From NCBI GenBank assembly GCA_965227295.1, contig OZ245742.1, forward strand, positions 5,792,001-5,856,000: a stretch of 64,000 bases of DNA, in the 5' to 3' direction. The translations under genes and the position numbers were made by a program. Below, in pieces: positions 1 to 9,513 of the stretch. The stretch's first letter is position 1. Every line of letters starts with the position of its first letter. Source of the DNA: Leptonemataceae bacterium. GTDB taxonomy: Bacteria; Spirochaetota; Leptospiria; Leptospirales; Leptonemataceae. The notes beneath the pieces were generated by a model that was not told where the DNA came from, ran no database searches, and saw nothing but the letters and a program-made list of their open reading frames with translations.

Positions 1-1252
1 TGCTCTCCGGATCGTGGAACGGATCCGTGGGACGAATGGCCTCGTGGGCGTCCTGCGCGGACTTCGACGTTTTGTAAGCGCGCGGTTCTTTTGCAAGATA
101 GTCCGAGCCGATCTTGCCGCTCACGTACTCGCGCACGCGTTCAATCGCCGCCGGCGAGACCCGGGTACTGTCCGTACGCATGTAAGTGATGAGACCGGTC
201 ACCTGACTGCCGGCGAGCTCCACGCCTTCGTAAAGTTGCTGCGCGACCATCATGGTTTTCTGGGACGTGAAACCGAGTTTGTTCGCCGCGTCCTGCTGCA
301 TCTTCGACGTGGTGTACGGCGCCGTCGGCTGACGTTTGCGTTCTTTGCGGGTAATGCTCTTGATCGTCCACGCGGTGTCTTCGAGCGTCTGCGTCACCGC
401 GTTCATGTCGGCTTCTTTCTTAATGTCCGCTTTTTTACCGTTAATGGAATGCAGGCTCGCCTTGAATTGCGATTTGCCGTGGGCCAGCTTTGCGTCAAGC
501 GTCCAGTACTCTTCCGGAACGAAGGCATCGATCTCTTTTTCCCGCGCGCAAATGAGACGCAGCGCCACGGATTGCACGCGCCCGGCGGACAGGCCGCGCT
601 TCACCTTCTTCCAGAGCAGCGGCGAAATGTTGTAGCCCACCAGACGATCGAGGATGCGTCGTGCCTGTTGCGCATTCACCAGGTTCTGATCGATGTCGCG
701 GGGTTTCTGGATGGCTTCTTCGAGGGCGGACTTGGTAATCTCGTTAAATTCAATGCGTTTGATGTCGTCGTTCTTCGGACCGAGGGCGCGCGAGAGGTGC
801 CAGGAGATGGCCTCGCCTTCGCGGTCCGGGTCGGCGGCGAGCAGGACCCGCTTCGTAGAACCGGCGAGTTTCTTCAGGCGATTGAGGATGCTCGCCCGGC
901 CGCGTACGGTAATGTACTCCGGCTCAAAGTTATTCTCCGTGTTCACGGCAATGCGTGACTTGGGCAAATCGATGATGTGACCCATCGACGCTTCGATGAT
1001 GTAGTCTTTGCCCAGGTATTTGTTGATGGTCTTCGCCTTCGCCGGCGACTCCACAATCACGAGGGTCTTCTTACTGTTGTCCGTGCGCCGCGACGTCTTC
1101 TTCTTTGAAGCCTTTTTTTTCGAGGCCTTCTTCGCGGTTTTTTTGGCCGTCTTTTTGCCGGCCGTCTTTTTTTTCACGGCGACCTCTTCCATGGCCGTCG
1201 CCTCCGGCTCTTCGCCGACGGCGCTCTCATTCTCGCTGTCCTGCTCCATCAT
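1..1252 (-). CDS. topA: DNA topoisomerase I (5' part; runs off window) with Lys-rich N-terminal extension
   Basis: Not in the ORF track; read manually. Toprim motifs LVIVESPAKAKTI, ASMGHIIDLPK and DPDREGEAISWH, catalytic GLITYMRTDS; GAGG RBS precedes ATGATG at 1252/1249; follows dprA. Confidence 0.96.
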   Translation of the reverse strand, partial: MMEQDSENESAVGEEPEATAMEEVAVKKKTAGKKTAKKTAKKASKKKASKKKTSRRTDNSKKTLVIVESPAKAKTINKYLGKDYIIEASMGHIIDLPKSRIAVNTENNFEPEYITVRGRASILNRLKKLAGSTKRVLLAADPDREGEAISWHLSRALGPKNDDIKRIEFNEITKSALEEAIQKPRDIDQNLVNAQQARRILDRLVGYNISPLLWKKVKRGLSAGRVQSVALRLICAREKEIDAFVPEEYWTLDAKLAHGKSQFKASLHSINGKKADIKKEADMNAVTQTLEDTAWTIKSITRKERKRQPTAPYTTSKMQQDAANKLGFTSQKTMMVAQQLYEGVELAGSQVTGLITYMRTDSTRVSPAAIERVREYVSGKIGSDYLAKEPRAYKTSKSAQDAHEAIRPTDPFHDPES

Positions 1253-1403
1253 ACCTCAAAAATCCTGCTGTTCTGGCTCGTGCTTATGTCGGATGCACGC
1301 GTACGCCCGTTTGTCATGTAATATTCGGACGAACCAGCATTTTTTTACGAATTTTCTTCCATATATATGCGAATGTCCACGGATACGGCAAGAATTTCAG
1401 CAT

Positions 1404-2486
1404 TCAGGAGCGAAGATAATACCGCCCGCCGAGCCAACGGAGCCGCCCGGCAGCCACGTCTCGCCGAAAATTGCGCCAGGCGCAGAGGCCCGATCCGCCG
1501 TCCGGGCGATATTCCGGTTCTTCGACCACGCGCCCCTCCAGTTCAGGGACCGGCAGCGGATCGGCCCCCTCGTCCAGTAGAGACCGCGCACCCTCGTTCG
1601 TTCCAGGCAGAGCTTCAAAGACAGGATGATCGAAGGCCCGCACGTCCCGTCCCTCGTCCATGGCGTAGCGAGCGGAAATCATGGCTCCACTCTTTTGCGG
1701 CGCCTGGAGCACCGTGATCGATCGACTCATGCCGGCAATGATTCGGTTCCGCCTCGGGAAATGCCCCGGCCGAACCGGGACGTGCGGAGGGAACTCCGAC
1801 ACTAGGCAGAACGGCACTCCGGCAGCGGTGGCCCGACGCGGGATGTCCAGGTTCGCCCGCGGTCCCGCATGGTCCAGGCCGGCCCCGAGCACGGCAATGC
1901 CCGGAAGGCCGTGCCGAACGGCGGCCAGGTGCGCCAGACGATCGGCTCCCAGAGCCAGGCCGGAAACGATACTTACCGGCCCCCGGCACGCCAGGCCCGC
2001 GACCACACTCTCCGCCACGATATGGCAAATGGATAGAGGGCGGCGCGTACCGACGACGGCATGCGCTTCGCCTGGCCCGGGGTCCGGCCGACCCGCGACA
2101 GGCCAACACGGTTCGCCCTCGTAGAACAGGACCGGCGGCGGATCGTAGATTTCCGCGAGGCCGTCCGGATAATCGGGCTCGGCCACGGTGACGAAGCCGC
2201 GGTTCGGCCCCGGCTCGCGATTTCGGTAGCCCCTGGCTTCTTCGCGGGCCCGCTGCAGCTCCCGCGGCTTGTAGTGGCACCGCAGAAACTTCCACAATGC
2301 CTGGCGGGACCCTTCGCCTGGATCCACAAAGAGGCCAGGCTCCTGCCCGCGGGCCGCCGGGCCGAACAGACCGCCGGCCGCGTAGACGCTGCGCCGGTAC
2401 GGAAGCGAGGCCAGAAATACGGCAGCCTCGTAGCTGAGAGCGAGCCCGGACGCCGACCGGGACAGGACAGGAGAGCCATCGTGCAT
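1404..2486 (-). CDS. dprA: DNA-processing protein DprA/Smf
   Basis: YPDGLAEIYDPPPVLFYEG, AVVGTR, IVSGLALGAD, FPRRNRIIAG, SGAMISA motifs; dprA-topA synteny. Confidence 0.93.
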   Translation of the reverse strand: MHDGSPVLSRSASGLALSYEAAVFLASLPYRRSVYAAGGLFGPAARGQEPGLFVDPGEGSRQALWKFLRCHYKPRELQRAREEARGYRNREPGPNRGFVTVAEPDYPDGLAEIYDPPPVLFYEGEPCWPVAGRPDPGPGEAHAVVGTRRPLSICHIVAESVVAGLACRGPVSIVSGLALGADRLAHLAAVRHGLPGIAVLGAGLDHAGPRANLDIPRRATAAGVPFCLVSEFPPHVPVRPGHFPRRNRIIAGMSRSITVLQAPQKSGAMISARYAMDEGRDVRAFDHPVFEALPGTNEGARSLLDEGADPLPVPELEGRVVEEPEYRPDGGSGLCAWRNFRRDVAAGRLRWLGGRYYLRS

Positions 2487-2534
2487 GCGCCGGACATAAA
2501 GCCCATCATGCGATACGCAAACAAAATTTAAGAT

Positions 2535-3410
2535 TTAATTCGGTTCCAGCCCGCCCAGGCTTTCCAGGGTATCCAGGTTTTCCCGCGCCTGGCGGTAGCG
2601 CGGCATGTCGCTCAGGGAGCCCGGCAGCAGGCCCTCGCCATGCATGGCCTCCAGGATTTCCAGGATGCTGCGATACTGAGCCGCGGCGCGGTCGAGGTCG
2701 TCGACGGCGGCGTAGAGATGGCCGAGCAGAAAACGCGCGGAAACGTCGCGCCCGGAACGCGCGACGAGGTCTTCCAGTAGATCGATGGCGCGGGGAATGT
2801 CGCGTACTTCCGGGTCCTCGGTCTTGCCGTACAGCAGCGCGAGCTGATAGCGCGGGCGCACATCGTCGGGTTCGATGCGCATCAGGCGCTGGAAGAGATA
2901 GACCGCCGTTCGCCAGCGATTGCGCTCCCAGCCGTTCGCCCGGGAGGCGTTGGCGAAGCAGAGGCCGGCGTCAAAGAGGAGATTGGGATCGGGGCTGTGC
3001 CGGCGCAACGCCGTCTCGAAGTACGGGATGGCCTGATCAAACGTCTGCACGCCGCGGCTGCCGTCCGGTTCGCGTGCTTCTTCTCCGCCGACGGCCTGCT
3101 GCATGTAGAGGGCGCCCATGTCGTAACGACCGGCCTGCATGTAGGCCTTGCCGATCTTCCAGGCGAGCATGCCCTGGTGGTTCGACTCCTGCACGAGCTC
3201 CTGGATTTTTTCGTGCAGTTCCAGAGCCCGCGAGCGGCTGATGTTCAGATCGCGCTCCCATCGGGCGACTTCTTCGTCGTCCAGGCGCGGCGTGGCCGGC
3301 CGGCGTTCGCGGAGGCCCCAGTTACGCAGGCTGTCCTCGGCCTGCTCGCAGGATGAGAATGCCAGGCTCAGCACGGCGAGCGCTGCAGCCACGTAAAAGT
3401 GTTTGAACAC
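2535..3410 (-). CDS. TPR-repeat lipoprotein
   Basis: GTG start at 3410 gives a signal peptide ending AFSSC (lipobox-like), followed by a coiled coil and TPR-like helices (RYQLALLY, ARFLLGHLY). Start inferred. Confidence 0.7.
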   Translation of the reverse strand: MFKHFYVAAALAVLSLAFSSCEQAEDSLRNWGLRERRPATPRLDDEEVARWERDLNISRSRALELHEKIQELVQESNHQGMLAWKIGKAYMQAGRYDMGALYMQQAVGGEEAREPDGSRGVQTFDQAIPYFETALRRHSPDPNLLFDAGLCFANASRANGWERNRWRTAVYLFQRLMRIEPDDVRPRYQLALLYGKTEDPEVRDIPRAIDLLEDLVARSGRDVSARFLLGHLYAAVDDLDRAAAQYRSILEILEAMHGEGLLPGSLSDMPRYRQARENLDTLESLGGLEPN

Positions 3411-3444
3411 TGCTGCGCGCTGCCGGATGATTTCATTGGTGCCC

Positions 3445-3942
3445 ATGATCGAAGATTCTCCGCCCGTCCTACAATCTACGGCCGACGTCCTCGCGCAACT
3501 GGAACGCAAATGTTTCGAGACCGGCTGGTCCGCCGCCGACCTGGCATCCGCTCTTGTGGCACCGGCGAAAACGATCGCGCTGATCGCCGATGCGGAGAGC
3601 GACCGTGTAGCGGCCTGGCACGTCACCGAACCGGTGGAGCTTCCGGCGATGCCGGGCGGCTACGCGCTGCTGCGGGAGCTGGAACCCGGCCTCGCCGAAG
3701 TGCTGCGCATAGCCGTGGAACCCGAACGGCGGCGGCGCGGACTGGCCGGTAGACTGCTGCAATATGCGTTCACGGGCAACGACATTTTCACCGGCTCCGC
3801 CACGAACTTCCTGCTCGAGGTCGCGGCAGGCAACGCGGCCGCTGTCGCGCTCTATCGCAAGCATGGCTTCGAGCAGATTCACGTCCGGAAGTCCTACTAC
3901 GCAAACGGTGAGGACGCCTTGATTTTTCAAACGAAGTTCTAG
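3445..3942 (+). CDS. rimI: RimI-like GNAT N-acetyltransferase
   Basis: LERKCF..W, IAVEPERRRRGLA, LEVAAGNAAAVALYRKHGF, RKSYY..GEDAL. Start uncertain. Confidence 0.85.
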   Translation: MIEDSPPVLQSTADVLAQLERKCFETGWSAADLASALVAPAKTIALIADAESDRVAAWHVTEPVELPAMPGGYALLRELEPGLAEVLRIAVEPERRRRGLAGRLLQYAFTGNDIFTGSATNFLLEVAAGNAAAVALYRKHGFEQIHVRKSYYANGEDALIFQTKF

Positions 3943-3970
3943 ATACTGACGCGGCCGAGGCACAGCACGT

Positions 3971-4375
3971 ATGATTCACGCAAGCACAACGATTCTGGAA
4001 TTCCTGGGAAAGACCCGGCTCACGCCGTACGAGGCCCTGGGTTATTATTTTCTGAAGTTACTGCTGGTATCGTTCGCTCTGTATCTCGTGATCCAGGCGA
4101 TCGGCGCGATCCCCATGCTCGGCCGCTTCTTCCGCGCGTCCTGGGGCAAGCTGGTACTCTACATTCTCACGCTTGCCACGGCCGGGCTGCTCGCGTTTCA
4201 ACTGGTGCCGCTGCGGATTTTACGCGCGCTGGAACTTACGGGCGGGCCCAAAGAATTCGTGTGGCCGGACATTGTCTTTACCGCGCTCATGCTCGCGTCG
4301 CTGAGTCGCTTGTGGGAGTTGGGGCATCGCTGGATTGAAGGCAAGGTTTCGAACGCCGGTGGGCCGGAGTTTTAG
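3971..4375 (+). CDS. hypothetical membrane protein
   Basis: 134 aa with three hydrophobic segments; fills the gap between rimI and murB. Confidence 0.7.
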   Translation: MIHASTTILEFLGKTRLTPYEALGYYFLKLLLVSFALYLVIQAIGAIPMLGRFFRASWGKLVLYILTLATAGLLAFQLVPLRILRALELTGGPKEFVWPDIVFTALMLASLSRLWELGHRWIEGKVSNAGGPEF

Positions 4376-5466
4376 CGAACCACCCACGGCTCCGGCAACA
4401 ATCGAACCCCGAACCGTTTCTCCACACCCGCCTGAATCTCCGCGGCCAGCTCACGCACATCGCGCGCGCTGGCGTTCCCGTAGTTCACAATCGCGAGCGA
4501 GTGCTTCTCGGAAATCCCGGCGCCGGAGTTCGGTGGGCGGTAACCTTTTGCAAAACCCGCGCGTTCGATCAACCAGGCCGCGGGTACCTTCACGGCATCG
4601 CCGGCTTCGAATGAAGGCGGTGCTTCGTTGCAACGCGCGCGCAACGCCTCGAATTCCGCGGCCGTAAGCAGCGGATTCATGAAGAACGAACCGCACGAGC
4701 GCGAGTTCGGATCGTCATCGTCGAGAACCATGGACTTGCCGCGCCGGAGTTCCAGCACGGTATCGCACACATGTTTGAGACGATCGTGCGGTGTTTCTTG
4801 CGATGTTTCGCCCTGCGCAGCAACATGATCTTCCAGCCGTCGCTTTAGCTCGGCATAGCGCACAACTGGCTCGGCGTTTTTGCGCAGACGATACGTTACT
4901 CTGGTGACCACGTAACGATCGCGGTCCTGTGATTTAAAGCGACTATCCCGGTACGCAAAGTCGCAGTCGACGTTCTTAAACTTCTTTTCTTTTAACGTTA
5001 AGCGGTCCAGACACACGACCCGATCGATGGACTCGGCCACCTCCTGGCCGTAAGCGCCGACGTTCTGGATCGGCGTGGCGCCCACCGTGCCCGGAATGCC
5101 CGCCAAACACTCGATACCGCCGTAACCGTAGTCGTGGACCATGATCCGCACGAAGAAGTCCCACTGCGCTCCGGCCGCGACGTCCACCAGCACCGTATCG
5201 ACATTTTCCTTAATGTAATCTTCACGAAACCTAATGCCCGTAATCGCGTTCCGGAGGACCAGGCCCGCCACGCCCTCGTCCGGGAAGACGACGTTACTCC
5301 CGCCGCCGAGGACAATGACGGGCATGTCGCGATCGTGAGCGTGGCGGAGGGCGGCGGCGAGTTCGGCGACGGAGCGAGCCTCATAGTAGTACTCGGCGGG
5401 CCCGCCGACTTCGATCGTGGTCAGCGGTGCGAGGGGGACGGCACGCTGGAATTCAACTTCAAGCAC
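4372..5466 (-). CDS. murB: UDP-N-acetylenolpyruvoylglucosamine reductase
   Basis: LGGGSN, GIPGTVGATPIQNVGAYG, FAYRDS, SCGSFFMNP, KVPAAWLIE. Confidence 0.96.
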   Translation of the reverse strand: MLEVEFQRAVPLAPLTTIEVGGPAEYYYEARSVAELAAALRHAHDRDMPVIVLGGGSNVVFPDEGVAGLVLRNAITGIRFREDYIKENVDTVLVDVAAGAQWDFFVRIMVHDYGYGGIECLAGIPGTVGATPIQNVGAYGQEVAESIDRVVCLDRLTLKEKKFKNVDCDFAYRDSRFKSQDRDRYVVTRVTYRLRKNAEPVVRYAELKRRLEDHVAAQGETSQETPHDRLKHVCDTVLELRRGKSMVLDDDDPNSRSCGSFFMNPLLTAAEFEALRARCNEAPPSFEAGDAVKVPAAWLIERAGFAKGYRPPNSGAGISEKHSLAIVNYGNASARDVRELAAEIQAGVEKRFGVRLLPEPWVVR

Positions 5467-6370
5467 GATCGCTGGCGGGGACCTTGTTACGCAGATGTTC
5501 TTTCGCGCGATTCCACAGCGCGTCGAGTTCCTCTTCGCTCAAGTCTTCGAAGGAGAGCGCGCGCTCGCCGGCATCGGCTTCCATCGTCTGAAAACGTTCA
5601 ATGAACTTCCGGTTCGCGCGGTTCAGGGCCGTTTCGGGTGCCGTCTTGACGTGACGCGCCAGGTTCACGACCGCAAACAGGAGATCGCCCAGCTCTTCTT
5701 CGATGTGACTTGCATCGTCGTCGGCAGCGAGGGCGTCTTCGAGTTCGTCCAGTTCCTCGCGAATCTTCGCAATGACGTCGCGGCGCTCCCGCCAGTCGAA
5801 GCCGGCGCGCGAGGCCTTCTTCTGGATTTTCTCGGCGCGGGAAAGCGCGGGCAGCATGCGCCCGGTTTCGTGCGGGATGCGTGAGGTTTTGTCCCGCTCG
5901 CGGGCGGCCGTGTCTTCGGCGGCGTAGGCTGCGGCTGCTTCCGGCTCGCCCCGGGACGCGGCACGCTTGCGGGCCTTCTCGGCTTTCTCGGCGGCCTTGA
6001 TCTCTTCCCAGTTCTTGAGAATCTCGCCGACGCCGTCCACGGCCAGGCCTTCGAAGACGTGCGGGTGCCGGCGCACGAGTTTGTCGGCAATGCCCCGGGC
6101 CACGTCCTCCAGATCAAAACGACCGTCTTCTTCGGCGATCTCGGCGTAGAAGTAGACCTGGAACAGGAGGTCTCCGAGTTCCTCTTCCAGATCTACGAAG
6201 TCCCCGCGATCCACGGCGTCCACGACCTCGTAGACCTCCTCGATGGCATACTGGCGCAAAGATTCGTAGCTTTGTTTGCGGTCCCACTCGCAACCGCCCG
6301 GCGCACGCAGGCGATGCGTGATTTCCCGGAGGCGCTGGAGCTGAGAGTCTGAAGGATTATTCATCGACAC
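5459..6370 (-). CDS. mazG: nucleoside triphosphate pyrophosphohydrolase MazG
   Basis: LRAPGGCEWD, two EELGDLLF motifs, KLVRRHPHVF. Confidence 0.95.
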   Translation of the reverse strand: MSMNNPSDSQLQRLREITHRLRAPGGCEWDRKQSYESLRQYAIEEVYEVVDAVDRGDFVDLEEELGDLLFQVYFYAEIAEEDGRFDLEDVARGIADKLVRRHPHVFEGLAVDGVGEILKNWEEIKAAEKAEKARKRAASRGEPEAAAAYAAEDTAARERDKTSRIPHETGRMLPALSRAEKIQKKASRAGFDWRERRDVIAKIREELDELEDALAADDDASHIEEELGDLLFAVVNLARHVKTAPETALNRANRKFIERFQTMEADAGERALSFEDLSEEELDALWNRAKEHLRNKVPASDRA

Positions 6371-6399
6371 TATGCTTCCGCCCGGCTGATGTGGAACCG

Positions 6400-6903
6400 A
6401 TGCGTAAGAACTTCACCGGCGCCACGGGCGGCTATTCCATCGAAATACAACGGCAGGGAACCGGCTACTATTGTTTGATCGGAGGCGACGACCAGGCCGA
6501 TCAGCCGGTCCCCGTGGATCACTTCGAGATCGTGGAACCGGGGGTGTTTCGCATCACCCTGCCCGATGGCACCCGCCGTCGCGGGCGTTACCACATCGAA
6601 GACCAGACCTACTTTCTGCACATTGACGGGCGGACGTATCGCTTCGAGGAGGCCCGCCAGGACGCCGGGGCCGGGAGCGCCGGGGGCGAACACCGCACGC
6701 CGATGCCCGGCAAGGTCCTGGCCGTAGAAGTCGCCGTGGGCGATACGGTCGAGAAAGACCAGACCCTGCTGATTGTCGAGGCGATGAAAATGGAAAATGC
6801 CGTGAAGGCGGCGTTTGCGGGAGCGGTGAAGGCCGTGAGCTGCGGCGTGGGCGATCTGGTGAGCCCGGAAGATGTGCTCGTGGAACTGGAGGCGGCGGAG
6901 TAG
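6400..6903 (+). CDS. biotin carboxyl carrier / biotinyl-domain protein
   Basis: PMPGKV and EAMKM biotinylation motif at the C-terminus. Confidence 0.9.
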   Translation: MRKNFTGATGGYSIEIQRQGTGYYCLIGGDDQADQPVPVDHFEIVEPGVFRITLPDGTRRRGRYHIEDQTYFLHIDGRTYRFEEARQDAGAGSAGGEHRTPMPGKVLAVEVAVGDTVEKDQTLLIVEAMKMENAVKAAFAGAVKAVSCGVGDLVSPEDVLVELEAAE

Positions 6904-6921
6904 CCACCACCCGGCGCGGAC

Positions 6922-7071
6922 TTACTTCTTCTTGAGTTCCTGAAGCATGGCCTGGCGCTTCTGGTAGCGCTCTTTGGAGTTCAGAGACAGCCACTCCCGC
7001 TTGAGTTCCCGGGAATTCCCGCCCTTCTGGGTGGCGTAGCGATTCAGCAATTTGGCCGTCTTCTCGTTCAT
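6922..7071 (-). CDS. small basic hypothetical protein (49 aa)
   Basis: Manual reading: MNEKTAKLLNRYATQKGGNSRELKREWLSLNSKERYQKRQAMLQELKKK; GC3-rich codons; fills an intergenic gap; absent from the ORF track. Confidence 0.65.
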   Translation of the reverse strand: MNEKTAKLLNRYATQKGGNSRELKREWLSLNSKERYQKRQAMLQELKKK

Positions 7072-7116
7072 GGTCCGGCCATTGCGTACCGGCGCCCGGC
7101 GGCGTCAACAGGGAAT

Positions 7117-7689
7117 TCAGCCGAAGATTTGTTTCACCGTGACCTGGAAGCCGTCCAGGAGCCGGCTCTTCGGACGTTCCCCGGCAACCTCGTTCCAGCG
7201 ACGATCCTCGCCCTGCCCCTCGTTGTAACGGACGCGCAGGGTGCGATTGCGCGGATCGAGGATCCAGTACTCCTGGACGCCGCACTGTAGATAGCGGTCC
7301 GACTTCGGCCCGAGGTCCCGGTGGTCCGTACTGTCCGAAAGGATTTCCACGACGAGGTCCGGAGTGCCATGAACGTGGTTCTTAACGATGTTAAGATGCT
7401 CCGTGGCGATGAACTGGATGTCCGGACGCAACGGATCGCCGCCGTCCGGAAGGAGGACATCCAGTTCAATGTAGGCCTTTCCGACGGGGTGTACTTCGAG
7501 AAAACGGCGGAGCGCGAAAAAAAACTCACCGGCAGCTCCGGAATGATCGGCGTTGGGGCTCGGGCTCACGTGCATAACTCCATCGATGACGTCGTAGCGA
7601 TAGTCCGGGTCCTCGTCGAGATCGAGGTACTCTTCGCGAGTGACACGCAAGCCCGCGTACCGGGGCCCCGTTGTGAGCGGGCGGATCAT
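7117..7689 (-). CDS. Uma2-family (PD-(D/E)XK) endonuclease-like protein
   Basis: SPSPNADH, RPDI, PDLVVEILS..T..RD, GVQEYWILDP. Confidence 0.92.
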   Translation of the reverse strand: MIRPLTTGPRYAGLRVTREEYLDLDEDPDYRYDVIDGVMHVSPSPNADHSGAAGEFFFALRRFLEVHPVGKAYIELDVLLPDGGDPLRPDIQFIATEHLNIVKNHVHGTPDLVVEILSDSTDHRDLGPKSDRYLQCGVQEYWILDPRNRTLRVRYNEGQGEDRRWNEVAGERPKSRLLDGFQVTVKQIFG

Positions 7690-7808
7690 AAAAAAATAAT
7701 AAAATAAGAATCGAACAAGGTCAATTCCTTTCTTCACGCCGTCGCATTCGTCGATACGCGGGCGTCTCCAGGCGGCCAGGAGACGCGAAGACTATCGCTA
7801 CGGGGACT

Positions 7809-9470
7809 CTAAATCTCGGCCCCGATTCTTCGCAGGATGGTATAGTGATTCGACGGCTCGCGGTTCTCGGGGTACTCCGTGCTGTAGTGCAGGCCGCGGG
7901 ACTCGTGGCGACGGAGCGCGCTGTCGACGATGAGCCGGGCCACCAGGGCGACGTTCCGAAGTTCCAGGATTTTGTTTTGAATGACGGTGCGCCGGTAAAA
8001 ATCGTTAATTTCGTCTGAGAGTAACTTAACGCGCCGCTTCGCGCGATTCAGGCGCATGTTGGAGCGCACGATGCCGACGTAATCCCACATTACCTTCTTG
8101 AGTTCGTCGAAGTCGTGCTGCACCAGGATCCACTCGTCGGCGTTCATGAGGCCCTCTTTCTGCCACTCACGAACCGCGGGATGATGATAGTCGACGGTGT
8201 GATCCTTTAAGTACGCGGCGATGCGCGCGGCAAACACGAGGCCCTCCAGCAAACTGTTCGAAGCCAGACGGTTGCCGCCGTGCACGCCGGTACACGAGAC
8301 CTCGCCGAGGGCAAAGAGGCCGCGGATGCACGTACGGCCCTGGAGATCCGTACGCACGCCGCCGCACATGTAGTGCGCCGCGGGGACCACGGGAATCATC
8401 TCCTTCGAGATGTCGATGCCCTGGTCCAGGCAGTGCGAGAAGATGTTCGGGAAGTGTTCCATTAAATCTTCCCGACTGCGATGCGTGGCGTCCAGATAAA
8501 CGTGCTGCGCACCGGTTCGCTTCAGCTCGGCATCGATGGCCCGCGCCACGATGTCCCGGGGCGCCAGATCCTTGCGCTCGTCGTAGCGTTGCATGAAGGG
8601 TTCACCGTCGCGGCCTTTCAGGATCGCGCCGAAGCCGCGCAGGGCCTCGGAAATGAGGAACGTCCGTTTGTTGCCGGGATTGTAGAGCGACGTGGGATGG
8701 AACTGATAGAACTCCATGTTCGCCACTTCGGCGCCCGCGCGATACGCGAGCGCCACGCCGTCGCCGGTGGCGACTTCCGGATTCGTGTTGTGCAAATAAA
8801 CGTGCCCGGCCCCGCCCGTGGCGATGATCGTCGCCTTCGCACGGATGACGGTAATATCCCAGGTCTGCCGGTCGTAGATGTACGCGCCGAAGCAATGGGT
8901 GTTCGCGCGGGTGCTGTCGTTCTCCGGTACGGGCCAGGCAGCGTCGTCGGGCCATTGCGGAAGATCCGGTTCGCCCTTCAGGTGAAACTTCGTAATGATT
9001 TCGACGGCACTGCTGTGTTCGATGATGGGAATGCTGCGCTCGCGCACCGTCTTCAAGAGAACCTGTTCAACCTCGTGGCCGGTCAAATCGGCGGCATGCA
9101 CGATGCGGTTTTCGCTGTGTCCGCCTTCCCGGCCGAGATGCAACTGACCGTCTTCGCCGCGTTCGAAGTTCGCGCCGAGTTCCATTAACTTACGCACGTG
9201 ATCAGGGCCTTCCGTGACCAGCACGCGCACGGCTTCCGGATCGCAGAGGCCGGCGCCGGCGTCTAAGGTGTCGGCAATGTGACTTTCGAAGGAGTCGTCC
9301 GGCGTGAGGACCGACGCGATGCCGCCCTGAGCCCACGACGTACTCGCATCATCCATGCGTGACTTGGTAACGATGATGACCTTACCGTGCTCTGACAGCA
9401 AGTACGCCGCGTAGAGACCGGAGATGCCGCTCCCGAGGATGAGATAATCGACGTCGAGGACGTTGCTCAC
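7809..9470 (-). CDS. nadB: L-aspartate oxidase
   Basis: GSGISG, WAQGGIA, EGGHS..RI, QFHPT, LISEALRG, PAAHY, HGGNRLASNSLLE, ESRGLHY. Confidence 0.96.
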   Translation of the reverse strand: MSNVLDVDYLILGSGISGLYAAYLLSEHGKVIIVTKSRMDDASTSWAQGGIASVLTPDDSFESHIADTLDAGAGLCDPEAVRVLVTEGPDHVRKLMELGANFERGEDGQLHLGREGGHSENRIVHAADLTGHEVEQVLLKTVRERSIPIIEHSSAVEIITKFHLKGEPDLPQWPDDAAWPVPENDSTRANTHCFGAYIYDRQTWDITVIRAKATIIATGGAGHVYLHNTNPEVATGDGVALAYRAGAEVANMEFYQFHPTSLYNPGNKRTFLISEALRGFGAILKGRDGEPFMQRYDERKDLAPRDIVARAIDAELKRTGAQHVYLDATHRSREDLMEHFPNIFSHCLDQGIDISKEMIPVVPAAHYMCGGVRTDLQGRTCIRGLFALGEVSCTGVHGGNRLASNSLLEGLVFAARIAAYLKDHTVDYHHPAVREWQKEGLMNADEWILVQHDFDELKKVMWDYVGIVRSNMRLNRAKRRVKLLSDEINDFYRRTVIQNKILELRNVALVARLIVDSALRRHESRGLHYSTEYPENREPSNHYTILRRIGAEI

Positions 9471-9513
9471 GGTCTCGCCTTGATATGGTCTGCCCTGTTT
9501 GTTATCGCCGCGC

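Noticed and set aside
14..958. 314-aa plus-strand ORF
   Set aside because: Antisense shadow of topA, which carries the true motifs on the minus strand.
7117..7689. Uma2 gene as a restriction system
   Set aside because: Stand-alone with no methyltransferase; the family is commonly present as scattered paralogs.
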